Below, piece after piece: positions 29,557-39,262 of a DNA stretch of 64,000 nt. The notes under the pieces were generated by a model that made no database searches, had not been told where the DNA came from, and worked only from the letters and a program-made list of their open reading frames with translations. The position numbers and the translations under genes are program-made. Position 1 is the stretch's first letter. Each line of letters opens with the position of its first letter. The stretch comes from Pirellulaceae bacterium (GTDB lineage Bacteria; Planctomycetota; Planctomycetia; Pirellulales; Pirellulaceae): assembly GCA_045105035.1 (NCBI GenBank), contig JBGCCZ010000134.1:153-64152 (forward strand), written 5' to 3'.

Positions 29557-30492
29557 CTAGGGAGTTGGTTGGTCAAGAACGAGTCGTACGAACAGAGTCG
29601 CTGCGATGAGGTCGGCCGTGGTGCCGGGGTTGAAGCGGTGCTCAGGGTCCCGGAGATTTCGGTCGAACGTTTGATATGCCTGAGATTCGCTGAATCGTCT
29701 CTTGCGATCACTGCCCGTGCTCGTTCCTGTGATTTCTGATTCTGCGTTCCATAGCTGAGCGGCTTGGTCACGAACGTCGCTGCTCTTCTCGCGTCCCAGC
29801 TTGCGAGTGATGAGACCGTCGGGTTCTCTGGCGAGCCAGCGAATTTGTAAGCGGCAAACAGCTTGGTCGACGGGCCAGCCAGCTTGGAGATCTTCCTCGA
29901 GCCATGGCAGGAGAACATTCAGTACATCGCTAAAGTCGGTGGTGTACTGTCTCGCGACCGCATCGACATCGGCGACTTGCCGCATCGCGTCGACCAAGGA
30001 CTCTGGTTGCTCAGTTCCTTGGACATCGTTCTCCGCTTGGTCTCCAAGTCCGCCTGGCTGTGCGATGCGGATCGCCTCGTAGACTTCTTGGCAGTCTACG
30101 GGCGTCAGTTTGTTTAGCAGGTCATGGAGTGTTTCTTGAAGCGTATGAGCGCGGCATTCGACTCTATCGTTCCTAAGTGTTTGAACCGAGAAGGCGAGCG
30201 GAATTATCAGCAGTATGGTGCCTAGATTGGTGTTCACTCCTGCGGCTTGTCGCGAGGCGGCCGTGCATTCTCGGATCGTCGTGCCAAGCGACTGTAGCGA
30301 GTGTCCATCGAGCGTTGATTTCAGCGCAAGTGAACTGGCCACAAAGTGAGAAAAGCTCATGTCGCCGAACGAAGCCCGTGGGTGAACGTTGCCGGCTTTT
30401 TCCGCGGAAGCCTCGAGTAGGCACGCCATTGCGACTGCGTCTGCGATAGGCCAGGGGCGGTCGAAGGGGTGGGGCAGTGGAAGTGTGGCCAT
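29557..30492 (-). CDS. CitG-like triphosphoribosyl-dephospho-CoA synthase family protein (Orf7 type of C1-cofactor clusters)
   Basis: 'ACLLEASAEKAGNVHP', 'NTNLGTILL', 'PGGLG', 'NPGTTADLIAA'. Confidence 0.85.
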   Translation of the reverse strand: MATLPLPHPFDRPWPIADAVAMACLLEASAEKAGNVHPRASFGDMSFSHFVASSLALKSTLDGHSLQSLGTTIRECTAASRQAAGVNTNLGTILLIIPLAFSVQTLRNDRVECRAHTLQETLHDLLNKLTPVDCQEVYEAIRIAQPGGLGDQAENDVQGTEQPESLVDAMRQVADVDAVARQYTTDFSDVLNVLLPWLEEDLQAGWPVDQAVCRLQIRWLAREPDGLITRKLGREKSSDVRDQAAQLWNAESEITGTSTGSDRKRRFSESQAYQTFDRNLRDPEHRFNPGTTADLIAATLFVRLVLDQPTP

Positions 30493-30530
30493 GGGGTGAG
30501 TTTAGTGCAGACTAAGTGAAGAAGGCTTCG

Positions 30531-31457
30531 TTACTCAGCCAGAACACTGCGAACCTCACGAACGACTTCGGCGGCGGCTTCTTCCATGACGTAGTGTCCA
30601 ACGTCGTCGAGTTTCGTTGTTTTTGCATTCGGGAAAATTTCCTGCAAACGCTCTAGGCACTCTGGGCGAAAGCACCAATCCTTCATCCCCCAGACAAGAC
30701 GAACCGCGCGGTCTGCAAAGGACTCGGCTCCTTGCTCGATGCTCTCTAGCAGTTGCCAAGTTGGTTGACTTCGCCACCGCGGAATGTCCTGAACGAATCG
30801 AGCGATTGCGATTCGAGAATTCCAGTTGTCATACGGCGCGATCAAGCCGGCTGCAACCTTCGGCTCTAGTGCTGGCAAGCGATTTAAAGTCATCGTAAGC
30901 GCCGCTTGGGCGAACAGGTTCAGGCCTCGCATGGCGAAGTTGCCCGCCCAGGGCACACGACACATCGCGATTCGCCAGGGTACATAGGGCGGAGGGAAAA
31001 TCGCCGTGTTCAGGAATACGAACTTGTTGATCCGCGTCTTCACTTTTAGAGCTGCACCGGTTCCAATCGCGCCGCCCCAATCGTGCACGAGCAGCGTAAC
31101 GTTCTTCAAGTCGAGTTTCTCAATGAGCCGCGCCAGGTTTCCAACGTGACGTTCCAATGAGTATTCGTACTGTTGAGGTTTGTCGCTCTTGCCACAACCC
31201 ACGTGATCGACGGCGATGACGCGTGCGTCGGTTGCGCATTCGTTCAGGATGCTACGGTACGTGAAGGACCATGTTGGATTGCCGTGTACGCACAGCACGG
31301 TTTGCTCCGCCTTTTCGTCACCAGTTTGCACGTAGTGCATGCGGACCACGTCGGCAGAAGTCTCGGATTTTGGGAGCTCCAAGAACTGCGACTCAAACGG
31401 GTACAAGCTCTCCCAAGTCGCGCCCGTTTGGCTTGCGTTGTCTGATGGTTGCGGCAT
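30531..31457 (-). CDS. Haloalkane dehalogenase subfamily III / OleB-like alpha/beta hydrolase
   Basis: HGNPTWSF, DHVGCGKSDKP, VHDWGGAIG (nucleophile Asp), WGMKDWCF, GHYV. Confidence 0.85.
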   Translation of the reverse strand: MPQPSDNASQTGATWESLYPFESQFLELPKSETSADVVRMHYVQTGDEKAEQTVLCVHGNPTWSFTYRSILNECATDARVIAVDHVGCGKSDKPQQYEYSLERHVGNLARLIEKLDLKNVTLLVHDWGGAIGTGAALKVKTRINKFVFLNTAIFPPPYVPWRIAMCRVPWAGNFAMRGLNLFAQAALTMTLNRLPALEPKVAAGLIAPYDNWNSRIAIARFVQDIPRWRSQPTWQLLESIEQGAESFADRAVRLVWGMKDWCFRPECLERLQEIFPNAKTTKLDDVGHYVMEEAAAEVVREVRSVLAE

Positions 31458-31882
31458 CCGCCTTGCTGTTCAGCGCGAGGCGCTGAGGCTCCGTGTTCGA
31501 GTCGAGAACTTTTGTGGGACGAGTCGCAATTTGTTGAATAGCACTCGGACTGCAAACTCCACTCGTCCGTTGTACAAGTGGGGAGTCGGAGCCCATTGTA
31601 GGGGCTCAGCACGCTGCGAAATCCGTGCTATTCGTTACAGTCGGTTGAATTGAGGCCGAAGTATACACCCAGACTCAGGCTATGTCGCCGGGAGCCAGCC
31701 GACCGAAATAGACTGTAGTGCTAGCTGCGCGCCGACAGACGGAGATAGTCTTATCTCCGTGGATTTCCATTCGCTTTCCGCGAGCAAAAAATCGATCATT
31801 CTGGTACTCGAGTCCCATGAGCCCTTCCGTTTCCAAACTTCATTTTCGATGCAGTGTCCGTTTGGGACTCGGTTCTTTGAGG

Positions 31883-33418
31883 ATGTGGAAGTGCTTGATG
31901 GCGTTGAGCCTGCTTTGGAATGCATCACCGAATCTGCACGCGCAGAGCGTTGGCATCGTCGAGATCGATCTCTTCGAGGAAGAAACGGAAGAGCCTCAAA
32001 CCTGTCGAGTTGTGATTAAGGATGAGAAAGGGCGAAAGCTACGCGCCCGCGGCGGTCAATTCGAAAGTGGATGGAACCTGGTCGAGAGTCCGCTGGTCTT
32101 TCGCGGTCGGCCAGGCCACTACACGTATCGCGTTTACCACGGTCCAGAGTTCGCTGGTGGCCACGGCGACTTTGATCTCGACAAACGCTCGGAAGGCTAC
32201 GATGTTCTCCGGCTCCCGAAACATGCGGACATGGATGCCGAGGGGTATGCGGCTGGTGACTTGGCTGGCTTCTTGCCATCCGCAAAATTGTTGAAATGGT
32301 TACCTGCCGAACGGCTTGTCATGGCAGTCGAGGCAACAACTTCGGTGGGGGCGAACGAGGCGATTGAATTGGCAAAGTCGCCGGTCGCGCGGCTGAAGGA
32401 CAAGCAAGATTCGGAGGCCTGGATCGAACGACATAGCTACATCGATAATCGAGCGGGGAGCGGACTGGCACTGCATCACTGGGTTCCGCCCGCACCAGTT
32501 CCCGATAGTTTGCCATCGACCCGCTTGATCGTGATGGCAAAATCCTCAGGCGAGCCTAATTCCGAATCAGTCGATGCACTGGAGCCGCACGTGGAGATTA
32601 CGCGGCTGTGGGAGCGTGACGTTCCGGTTTGGTTGGCCTCGCAAAATGTGGACTCGATTCAAGTGCTCGGTCCCCATTTGACCATGGATGGAACAAAGTT
32701 CGATCGAGTGCGGGCGGCTTTGGATCCAGATCCTGGTCGATTTACTGGCGAGCGAGGGCCAGGCCGGCTGGTGGAGAATCTGTACTGGCAAGTCTTGGAA
32801 GCGGGATTTCGCATTCCTCCATCTGCTGGCAGTGGCTTCGGACGCAAGGAATCTCCGCTTGGATATAACCGCGTGTATGTTTTTTCGCCCAGTTTCGGCA
32901 GGCCTGCCTGGTGGCAAGGTTTGAAACAAGGGCGAAGCTTTGTCAGCAACGGACCGCTGCTACGAGTCACGGTCAATGGGGAAGTTCCGGGCCATACCTT
33001 TCATGCCCAAGAAGGCGGCGAGATTGAGCTAAGCGTTGCACTTAAGTTGACTGTGGGGGATCCCGTGGACTACTTGGATGTGATTCACAACGGTGAGAAG
33101 CTCTACGAAGCTCGTTTGGATGAGCATGCGAAACGCGGCGGCAGAATTCCGCCGCTTAAGGTGACTGAGAGTGGGTGGATGCTGGTACGCGTGGTCACGG
33201 GCCGTGACCATACGTACCGACTGGCGTTCACAGCGCCATACTATTTTGAAGTGGGGGAGCAGCCTCGGATAAGTCGCAAGGCTGTGGAGTTCTTCCAAGA
33301 GTGGCTCGCGAAATCGGCTCAGCGGCTTCGCGCTGAAAACGCCGTACAGCACGAGACCTATCTTCGCGCAGCCGAGGAGTTCTGGACTAGCCGGCTTGGA
33401 GCAGTCACGGCCGACTAA
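31883..33418 (+). CDS. Secreted CehA/McbA-like (PHP-fold) protein
   Basis: Signal peptide from ATG 31883; 'LEAGFRIPPSAGSG...PLGYNRVY...GRSFVSNGPLL' is typical of the family. Confidence 0.75.
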   Translation: MWKCLMALSLLWNASPNLHAQSVGIVEIDLFEEETEEPQTCRVVIKDEKGRKLRARGGQFESGWNLVESPLVFRGRPGHYTYRVYHGPEFAGGHGDFDLDKRSEGYDVLRLPKHADMDAEGYAAGDLAGFLPSAKLLKWLPAERLVMAVEATTSVGANEAIELAKSPVARLKDKQDSEAWIERHSYIDNRAGSGLALHHWVPPAPVPDSLPSTRLIVMAKSSGEPNSESVDALEPHVEITRLWERDVPVWLASQNVDSIQVLGPHLTMDGTKFDRVRAALDPDPGRFTGERGPGRLVENLYWQVLEAGFRIPPSAGSGFGRKESPLGYNRVYVFSPSFGRPAWWQGLKQGRSFVSNGPLLRVTVNGEVPGHTFHAQEGGEIELSVALKLTVGDPVDYLDVIHNGEKLYEARLDEHAKRGGRIPPLKVTESGWMLVRVVTGRDHTYRLAFTAPYYFEVGEQPRISRKAVEFFQEWLAKSAQRLRAENAVQHETYLRAAEEFWTSRLGAVTAD

Positions 33419-33682
33419 TGCCGCGTTGGCAGAGGCCGTGATCTTTCGCTCGTAGGGTAGCGGAGTTTTACTGAGACGCTGGCTGATTGGTCTGGCATTT
33501 GCTTGCACCAAATTTGGGCTCGCTGAGCTCGGCCGCTCCGTCAATTTGACTCACTTGGGCGGTGTTCTTTCAGTCTCGAAGCCCCTGCGCGAGATTGGAC
33601 TGCGTCGATATACTCCACCAGAATAAGGCAGGCGAATCTTTCGCCTTGCGAAGGCAGGTTGAAGCTCTTGAAAACAGAAACC

Positions 33683-34645
33683 ATGGCACAGGACTACTAC
33701 GCGATTCTCGGAGTTGGCCGATCTGCTTCCAAAGAGGAGATTCAGAAGGCTTATCGTCAGTTGGCTCGGAAGTACCACCCGGACCTGAACCCGGATGACA
33801 AAGTCGCTCAGCAAAAATTCAAGGATATTCAGCAGGCTCACGATGTACTCAGCGACCCTGAGAAGCGGAAAATGTACGACCAGTTCGGCCCAGACTTTGA
33901 AAAAGTAGGCGCCGGCGGAGGAAACCCATTCGGTGGTAGCGCGGGCGGAGCTGGATTCAGTTTCGAAGATCTCTTCGGCGGAGGCGGTCGAGCTGGCGGG
34001 TTCGACGGCGACTTGGGCGATATTTTTCGGCAGTTTGGTGGTGGAGGTGCAGGCGGAGGAGGGCGTGCACGCCAGCAAGCTCCGGCCAAGGGGCGGGACT
34101 TAACGGCGGAAATTACCATTCCGTTTCAAACTAGCGTGATGGGCGGGGAGGCTTCGATTTCCGTCCAACGCGGGGGGGCGAACGAGTCGATCTCAGTGAA
34201 AATTCCGCCTGGAATCGAAACGGGCAAAAAAATGCGTCTACGCGGTCAAGGTGAAGCAGGCCCGCGGGGCGATGCGGGAGACTTGATCGTGGAAGTCTCC
34301 GTGGCACCGCATCCATGCTTTCGGCGTAGTAGTCGGAACCTAGAAGTCACTTTGCCTGTCACTCTTTCAGAAGCGACTCTCGGTGCGAAGATCGATGTCC
34401 CAACGCCAGGCGGAACCGTGGCACTCAAGGTTCCACCGGGAACGAGCAGTGGTCGAAGGCTGCGAGTGAAAGGGCAGGGGGTTCGGAGCCCGAATGGACA
34501 AGACGGTGATCTATACGTTGAAATTGAGATTCGGATTCCGGAGTCGCTCAGCGACTCAGAACAGTTGACTCCCGAGCAGAGGCAAGTCATCGAAGGTTTC
34601 GATTCAATGTACTCCACGCCGGTCCGAGAAAAACTCGTCTGGTAG
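33683..34645 (+). CDS. Class B J-domain chaperone (DnaJ/CbpA-like, no zinc finger)
   Basis: DYYAILGV...KYHPD, a G/F-rich region and two DnaJ_C domains. No CxxCxGxG repeats. Confidence 0.93.
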   Translation: MAQDYYAILGVGRSASKEEIQKAYRQLARKYHPDLNPDDKVAQQKFKDIQQAHDVLSDPEKRKMYDQFGPDFEKVGAGGGNPFGGSAGGAGFSFEDLFGGGGRAGGFDGDLGDIFRQFGGGGAGGGGRARQQAPAKGRDLTAEITIPFQTSVMGGEASISVQRGGANESISVKIPPGIETGKKMRLRGQGEAGPRGDAGDLIVEVSVAPHPCFRRSSRNLEVTLPVTLSEATLGAKIDVPTPGGTVALKVPPGTSSGRRLRVKGQGVRSPNGQDGDLYVEIEIRIPESLSDSEQLTPEQRQVIEGFDSMYSTPVREKLVW

Positions 34646-34702
34646 AGCGTCGCTTGATTAGTTTCTTGATCTCCAGAACGATGACTTGTTGGGTTGTAGC
34701 GT

Positions 34703-35143
34703 TTGAAAGTTGATTTGAATTTAGACGGAGGCTCGGAACGTTTTCCGGTAACGCTTCGAGTCAAAAGTCGCGGCGATTTCCGTCGTGTGTTTGCGAGTGG
34801 CAAAGTCGCTGCTGACGATGTTCTCGTAATGCATGGCGTTCACCAGGGGGCGCAGGAGTCGGCAGGTCAAACTGTCGCGACTGCGAGCTCGACTTCGCCA
34901 ATCGGCATAAGTATCTCCAAGCGAGTCGGCTCTGCACCGGTGCGCAATCGTTGGAAACGATTGATTCGCGAAGCGTACCGCACGCAAAAAGCGAGCATCC
35001 CCGCAGGCCTGATCCTCATCGTTCGGCCTCGCAAGGGCGCTTCCCCCGAGTACAAATCAATTCGCAAATCCCTACGCTCACTCGCACGGCGCATCGATCG
35101 TAAACTGAATGGTCCGGCGCGTTCCGACCGGCGCGGTTCTTAG
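34703..35143 (+). CDS. rnpA: Ribonuclease P protein component
   Basis: 'LRVKSRGDFRRVF', 'GISISKRVGSAPVRNRWKRLIREAYR' (RNR motif). Confidence 0.92.
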   Translation: MKVDLNLDGGSERFPVTLRVKSRGDFRRVFASGKVAADDVLVMHGVHQGAQESAGQTVATASSTSPIGISISKRVGSAPVRNRWKRLIREAYRTQKASIPAGLILIVRPRKGASPEYKSIRKSLRSLARRIDRKLNGPARSDRRGS

Positions 35144-35268
35144 GGGCTGGCACTTTCTCGGGTTCGCCCTGCCTGCGTTCGTAGACGCAATTCACGCGGG
35201 CGGGGTGTTGAAGCGGTAGACTGGGAGGCAATCACCTCTCGTCAACTCGAATGTCTGGCTAGCTACAA

Positions 35269-37941
35269 ATGTTCCGAAACTCGATTTGCTGCTGTGTCTC
35301 CCTTGTTTGTTTTTCCTATGGTTTTGCTGGAGCCGGTTCGGCCCAGGGGCAAGTGGAAGAGGGCCCGAATGGCAAAGTGGGAGAGCGTCCGAACTTCATC
35401 GTGGTCATGGTGGATGACATGGGCTACGCGGGAGTCAGTTGCTTTGGCAATCCGTACTTCGAAACGCCAGAAATCGATCGACTAGCTGCAGAGGGCATGC
35501 GGCTAGTCGACTTCCATTCATCCGGTACCGTGTGTTCGCCAACACGCACGGGGCTACTGACCGGTCGCTACCAACAGCGGGCTGGAATCGAGGCAGTGAT
35601 TCATCCGTGGGCGAATCATCCGGAACATCGTAAGGGCTTGCAGGATTCGGAGCTGACATTTGCGGAAGCACTTTCGCAAGTCGGCTACACGAATGGATTG
35701 ATCGGTAAGTGGCACCAGGGCTATCCGACCAACTCGCCTGACTTTCATCCACAAGTCCACGGGTTTGATGAATTCTTGGGTTACCACAGCGGCAATATCG
35801 ATTTCGTAAGCCATGTCGGCGACCACAACGAGCATGATTGGTGGTACGGAAGGCAAGAGACTCGGGAAACGGGCTATGTTACCGAGCTGATCAACCATGC
35901 CAGCGTTGATTTTGTGAAGCGACACGCAGCGGCGGATAAACCGTTTTGTTTGTACGTCGCTCACGAGGCAATACACAACCCGGTGCAAGTGCCAGGGGAC
36001 TCCGTTCGTCGTACGGAAGTAAAGTGGGATCGATGGAAATGGCGAGAGGTGGATGAGTCGGAGCGCATCGAAAAATATCGCGGCATGACGATGCCGATCG
36101 ATGACGGCATCGGTCGCTTGCGAGAGACTTTGGTCGAACTGGGGATTGAAAAGAACACACTGGTTCTCTTCTTTTCAGACAATGGACCTTCGTTCGATTT
36201 TCCTAGCGGTGCCCCAGGTCTGCGAGGTGGCAAGGGGAGCGTTTACGAGGGCGGGCACAAGGTGCCGGCGATTGCGTGGTGGCCCGAAAAAATTGCGGCT
36301 GGCAGCGAGCACACCAATCCTGCGATGACTTTGGATGTCATGCCAACACTACTGAGCTTGGCCGGTGTCGAGACCTCGTCGCTAGCGAAAGAACTCGATG
36401 GGGTCGACTTGTCTTCGACACTGCTTGAGGGGAAGGAGCAAGCGCCTCGGCCATTGTTTTGGGCGTCTTTGAGTAATTCAGGCTCGCGATCAGAAGCTAT
36501 GCGCGACGGGGAATGGAAGCTGGTTGTCAAACATCCCGGGGCGAAACCTGGCACATTCGAGAATGCGAAAATAGAGCTCTACCATCTTTCAAAGGATCCA
36601 TCCGAATCCACAGACGTCGCGGCTCAGCATCAAGAGAAGGCAGACAAAATGTATGCCGATTTGCAGCATTGGTACACGCAAACTCAAGCCTCAATGACCG
36701 AACAATCCGGCGGCTGGCTTTCGCAGGAGTTTGCGCGTTTTAGCCCGAAAGACGGACCTGCGAGAGAGGTAGCCGCCGAACCTCGCGATGCATTGGTTGT
36801 TTCTGTCACCAAGTCAGTTTTGAAACGAAACCGAGACGGCAAGGCGACTACTTGGTTTCATCCACGGGCTTGTGTAGTTCCGAGCCAAGACGGCGATTCA
36901 TCAGTCTTTATGACTCTGCAGGAGATAAGCGGTTCTGACTATTTTGGGCCGGTTCATTGGGTAGCAACGTCAGATGGCGGCGATACCTGGAGTGAGCCTG
37001 AACCAATTCCTGCGCTGGGGCGGATTCCAGTGATGGGGCACCCTGACCTAGAAGCCGGCGTGTGTGACGTGACTCCGCAGTACCACCCGGCAACCAACAC
37101 AGTGCTTGCCCTCGGGCATGTCGTTTACTATCGAGGTCCAAAGTTCTCTCGCGCTGATCAACTGGCGAGATTTCCCGTTTATGCAGTTCGCCGTCCAGAT
37201 GGAACGTGGGGTAAGCGCAAAGTGCTCGAGTGGGATGATCCACGCGGTTCATTCATTTATTCGAACAACTGCGGCCAGCGCGTGGCCGATGAGAATGGTG
37301 ATATTCTGATGTCGTTTACGTTTGGCTCGGAGGCGAAAGGTCGTTCCGTGGCTGGCGTGCGATGTAGCTTTGACGGTGAGGAGCTACGAGTCGTCGAGGT
37401 TGGCCCGGCGCTCACAAGCGATGTCGGACGCGGGTTGCTCGAGCCTTCTTTGACGAAGTATGACGAGCGCTACTTCCTGACGATCCGAGCGGAGGACAAT
37501 CACGGCTACGTCGCTGTGAGCGAGGATGGATTGAACTACACGAAGAAACCTTGGGCGTGGGATGATGGGGAGCTTCTGAGCATGTCGACTACGCAGCAGC
37601 ATTGGTTGACGCACTCGGAAGCACTCTACTTGGTTTACACGCGTGGTGACGAATCGAATGCCAACGTAATACGATGGCGGAGTCCACTTTGGATGGCCAA
37701 AGTCGATACCGAACGCCTATGCCTCCTACGTGAAACAGAGCAAGTCGTGCTCCCCTTGGTCGGCAATGGAATACAACATCCAAACACCGTGGCATTGATG
37801 GGGAATTTCGATGTCACCAACGTCAGCAGCACGGAGTCGTGGGTAACCGTCGGGGAATGGTTGCCTCGAAGAAGTGCCCGAGGTGACTTGCTACTGTCTC
37901 GAATCCGTTGGTCGCACGCCAATGAAATGCTGGTCAAGTAA
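35269..37941 (+). CDS. Secreted S1 sulfatase fused to a BNR/sialidase-like propeller domain
   Basis: PNFIVVMVDDMG, CSPTR (CxPxR), GKWH, SDNG, KGSVYEGG. C-terminal Asp-boxes TSDGGDTW and SEDGLNY. Confidence 0.9.
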   Translation: MFRNSICCCVSLVCFSYGFAGAGSAQGQVEEGPNGKVGERPNFIVVMVDDMGYAGVSCFGNPYFETPEIDRLAAEGMRLVDFHSSGTVCSPTRTGLLTGRYQQRAGIEAVIHPWANHPEHRKGLQDSELTFAEALSQVGYTNGLIGKWHQGYPTNSPDFHPQVHGFDEFLGYHSGNIDFVSHVGDHNEHDWWYGRQETRETGYVTELINHASVDFVKRHAAADKPFCLYVAHEAIHNPVQVPGDSVRRTEVKWDRWKWREVDESERIEKYRGMTMPIDDGIGRLRETLVELGIEKNTLVLFFSDNGPSFDFPSGAPGLRGGKGSVYEGGHKVPAIAWWPEKIAAGSEHTNPAMTLDVMPTLLSLAGVETSSLAKELDGVDLSSTLLEGKEQAPRPLFWASLSNSGSRSEAMRDGEWKLVVKHPGAKPGTFENAKIELYHLSKDPSESTDVAAQHQEKADKMYADLQHWYTQTQASMTEQSGGWLSQEFARFSPKDGPAREVAAEPRDALVVSVTKSVLKRNRDGKATTWFHPRACVVPSQDGDSSVFMTLQEISGSDYFGPVHWVATSDGGDTWSEPEPIPALGRIPVMGHPDLEAGVCDVTPQYHPATNTVLALGHVVYYRGPKFSRADQLARFPVYAVRRPDGTWGKRKVLEWDDPRGSFIYSNNCGQRVADENGDILMSFTFGSEAKGRSVAGVRCSFDGEELRVVEVGPALTSDVGRGLLEPSLTKYDERYFLTIRAEDNHGYVAVSEDGLNYTKKPWAWDDGELLSMSTTQQHWLTHSEALYLVYTRGDESNANVIRWRSPLWMAKVDTERLCLLRETEQVVLPLVGNGIQHPNTVALMGNFDVTNVSSTESWVTVGEWLPRRSARGDLLLSRIRWSHANEMLVK

Positions 37942-37975
37942 GAGGCCGGTCAATACATCAGGGCCAAGCAATAGA

Positions 37976-38002
37976 AACGGGCGAGTCACTGACTTGCCCG
38001 TT
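37976..38002. terminator. Hairpin between convergent genes (possible bidirectional terminator)
   Basis: AACGGGCGAGTCA-c-TGACTTGCCCGTT inverted repeat; no strong U-tract. Confidence 0.5.
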
Positions 38003-38075
38003 GGGAAGTTTGAATGTTGCGCTGTGACGCGTGTCGTCACATCCGATTGGCAATCCGAGACGACGTAAAGTCGGT

Positions 38076-38648
38076 TTAGATTGCGTGAAAGGTCTCCATT
38101 TCAACGGCCAGCCGCTTACGCGCGACGTGCAGTCGACGCTTGATCGTGCCGATTGGTGCTTCGAAGTGTTCTGCCATTTCGATCAGCGATTGACCTCCGA
38201 TGTAAAACGCTTCTAGCGTTCGGCGGTCCATGTCACCGAGTCGGTTCAAGCCACAGCGAACTTGTTCGTTTCGCTCGCTGTCCAGAACGTCGTCGAGAGG
38301 CGTTTCTGCCGATGCGTGTACCGCTTCCAGCGTCTCGCTTTCCACGGCAACTGCCTTGCGACCTCGAGTCAATCGGTTGATTGCCATGCGTCGAACAATT
38401 TGACGCAACCAGCCGCCGAATGCCTCCGGAACACGGAGTTGGTCGATCCGGTCGAACGCGTGGATAAAGACGTCTTGGACTAGTTCCTCAGCCTCATCCC
38501 AGTTTCCAACCTTGCGGTACGCCAATGCCAATGCTGATCCGTGGTATCGCTCGTACAACGAAGCTTGGGCAAGACGGTTGCCTTCTTGCGCGGCACCGAC
38601 CAATTCAGCAACCGTGTTGAGTGTGTTGTTTTGTGTTTCCGTAAGCAT
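38076..38648 (-). CDS. ECF sigma-70 family sigma factor
   Basis: Region 2 'AEELVQDVF...FGGWLRQIVRRMAIN' and region 4 'SLIEMAEHFEAPIGTIKRRLHVARKRL'. SD AGGAG before ATG 38648. Confidence 0.92.
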   Translation of the reverse strand: MLTETQNNTLNTVAELVGAAQEGNRLAQASLYERYHGSALALAYRKVGNWDEAEELVQDVFIHAFDRIDQLRVPEAFGGWLRQIVRRMAINRLTRGRKAVAVESETLEAVHASAETPLDDVLDSERNEQVRCGLNRLGDMDRRTLEAFYIGGQSLIEMAEHFEAPIGTIKRRLHVARKRLAVEMETFHAI

Positions 38649-38956
38649 GATCTCACTCCTAGTGCGAGATCCAGACGCGGATTCCTTCGGTAAGCGTTGC
38701 ACGCAGAACGGGTGTCTGCCGCAAGCTCGAGAATCCAGGCTGAATCTCATATGGGCTGAGGAACAGCAGGTCTCCGGAGTGGCACGAAGAGGCGTTGCCT
38801 TCTTCTTTCTTGCCGCGAATTCGAGCGATCTTGAATTGCTGGGCAATCAAAACCGAACGGAATTCGTTGGATCTTCGGAGGTCTGCTAAAGGTTGCCGGA
38901 CTTGTGGCCGGCTGATGTCTTCTCCAAGCGGACTCGGAGATTGCTTTGACGCAGGC

Positions 38957-39262
38957 TTAGCCGTGCATCGTCGCTCTGACAGTCGTCAACCTTCGAGGGG
39001 CTGTGTAGACGGCCTGAGCTATGTCGAAACGCCGCACTGGGCGTTTAAAGCCGGGGTTACCCGGCGTCGAATCCATTGGCTGTTGATGCAAATAAGCACC
39101 AGCCATCGCGAATTCGGACTGACATAACTCGAGCCAGCACCCCCCTTGTTCACGTAGACGGAGTAGGTGAAGGAGGTTGCGTACCGCACCAGCTGCCACG
39201 ACGCTTGCAATCACGCGGCTTACCACGGAGGCGATCGAGCTGGAAATGGTTGAATTACGCAT
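38957..39262 (-). CDS. Small upstream ORF (101 aa), possible leader or regulatory protein
   Basis: Strong SD (GGGAGGAATAACC-ATG). Sequence MRNSTISSSIASVVSRVIAS...QQPMDSTPGNPGFKR. Confidence 0.55.
   Translation of the reverse strand: MRNSTISSSIASVVSRVIASVVAAGAVRNLLHLLRLREQGGCWLELCQSEFAMAGAYLHQQPMDSTPGNPGFKRPVRRFDIAQAVYTAPRRLTTVRATMHG

Noticed and set aside
33492-33508. Sigma-54-like TGGCA...TTGC upstream of the J-domain gene
   Set aside because: The GG-to-GC spacing is 9 nt rather than the required 10.
33910-34070. GGC/GGT-rich repetitive sequence
   Set aside because: It encodes the normal G/F-rich linker of a DnaJ-class protein.
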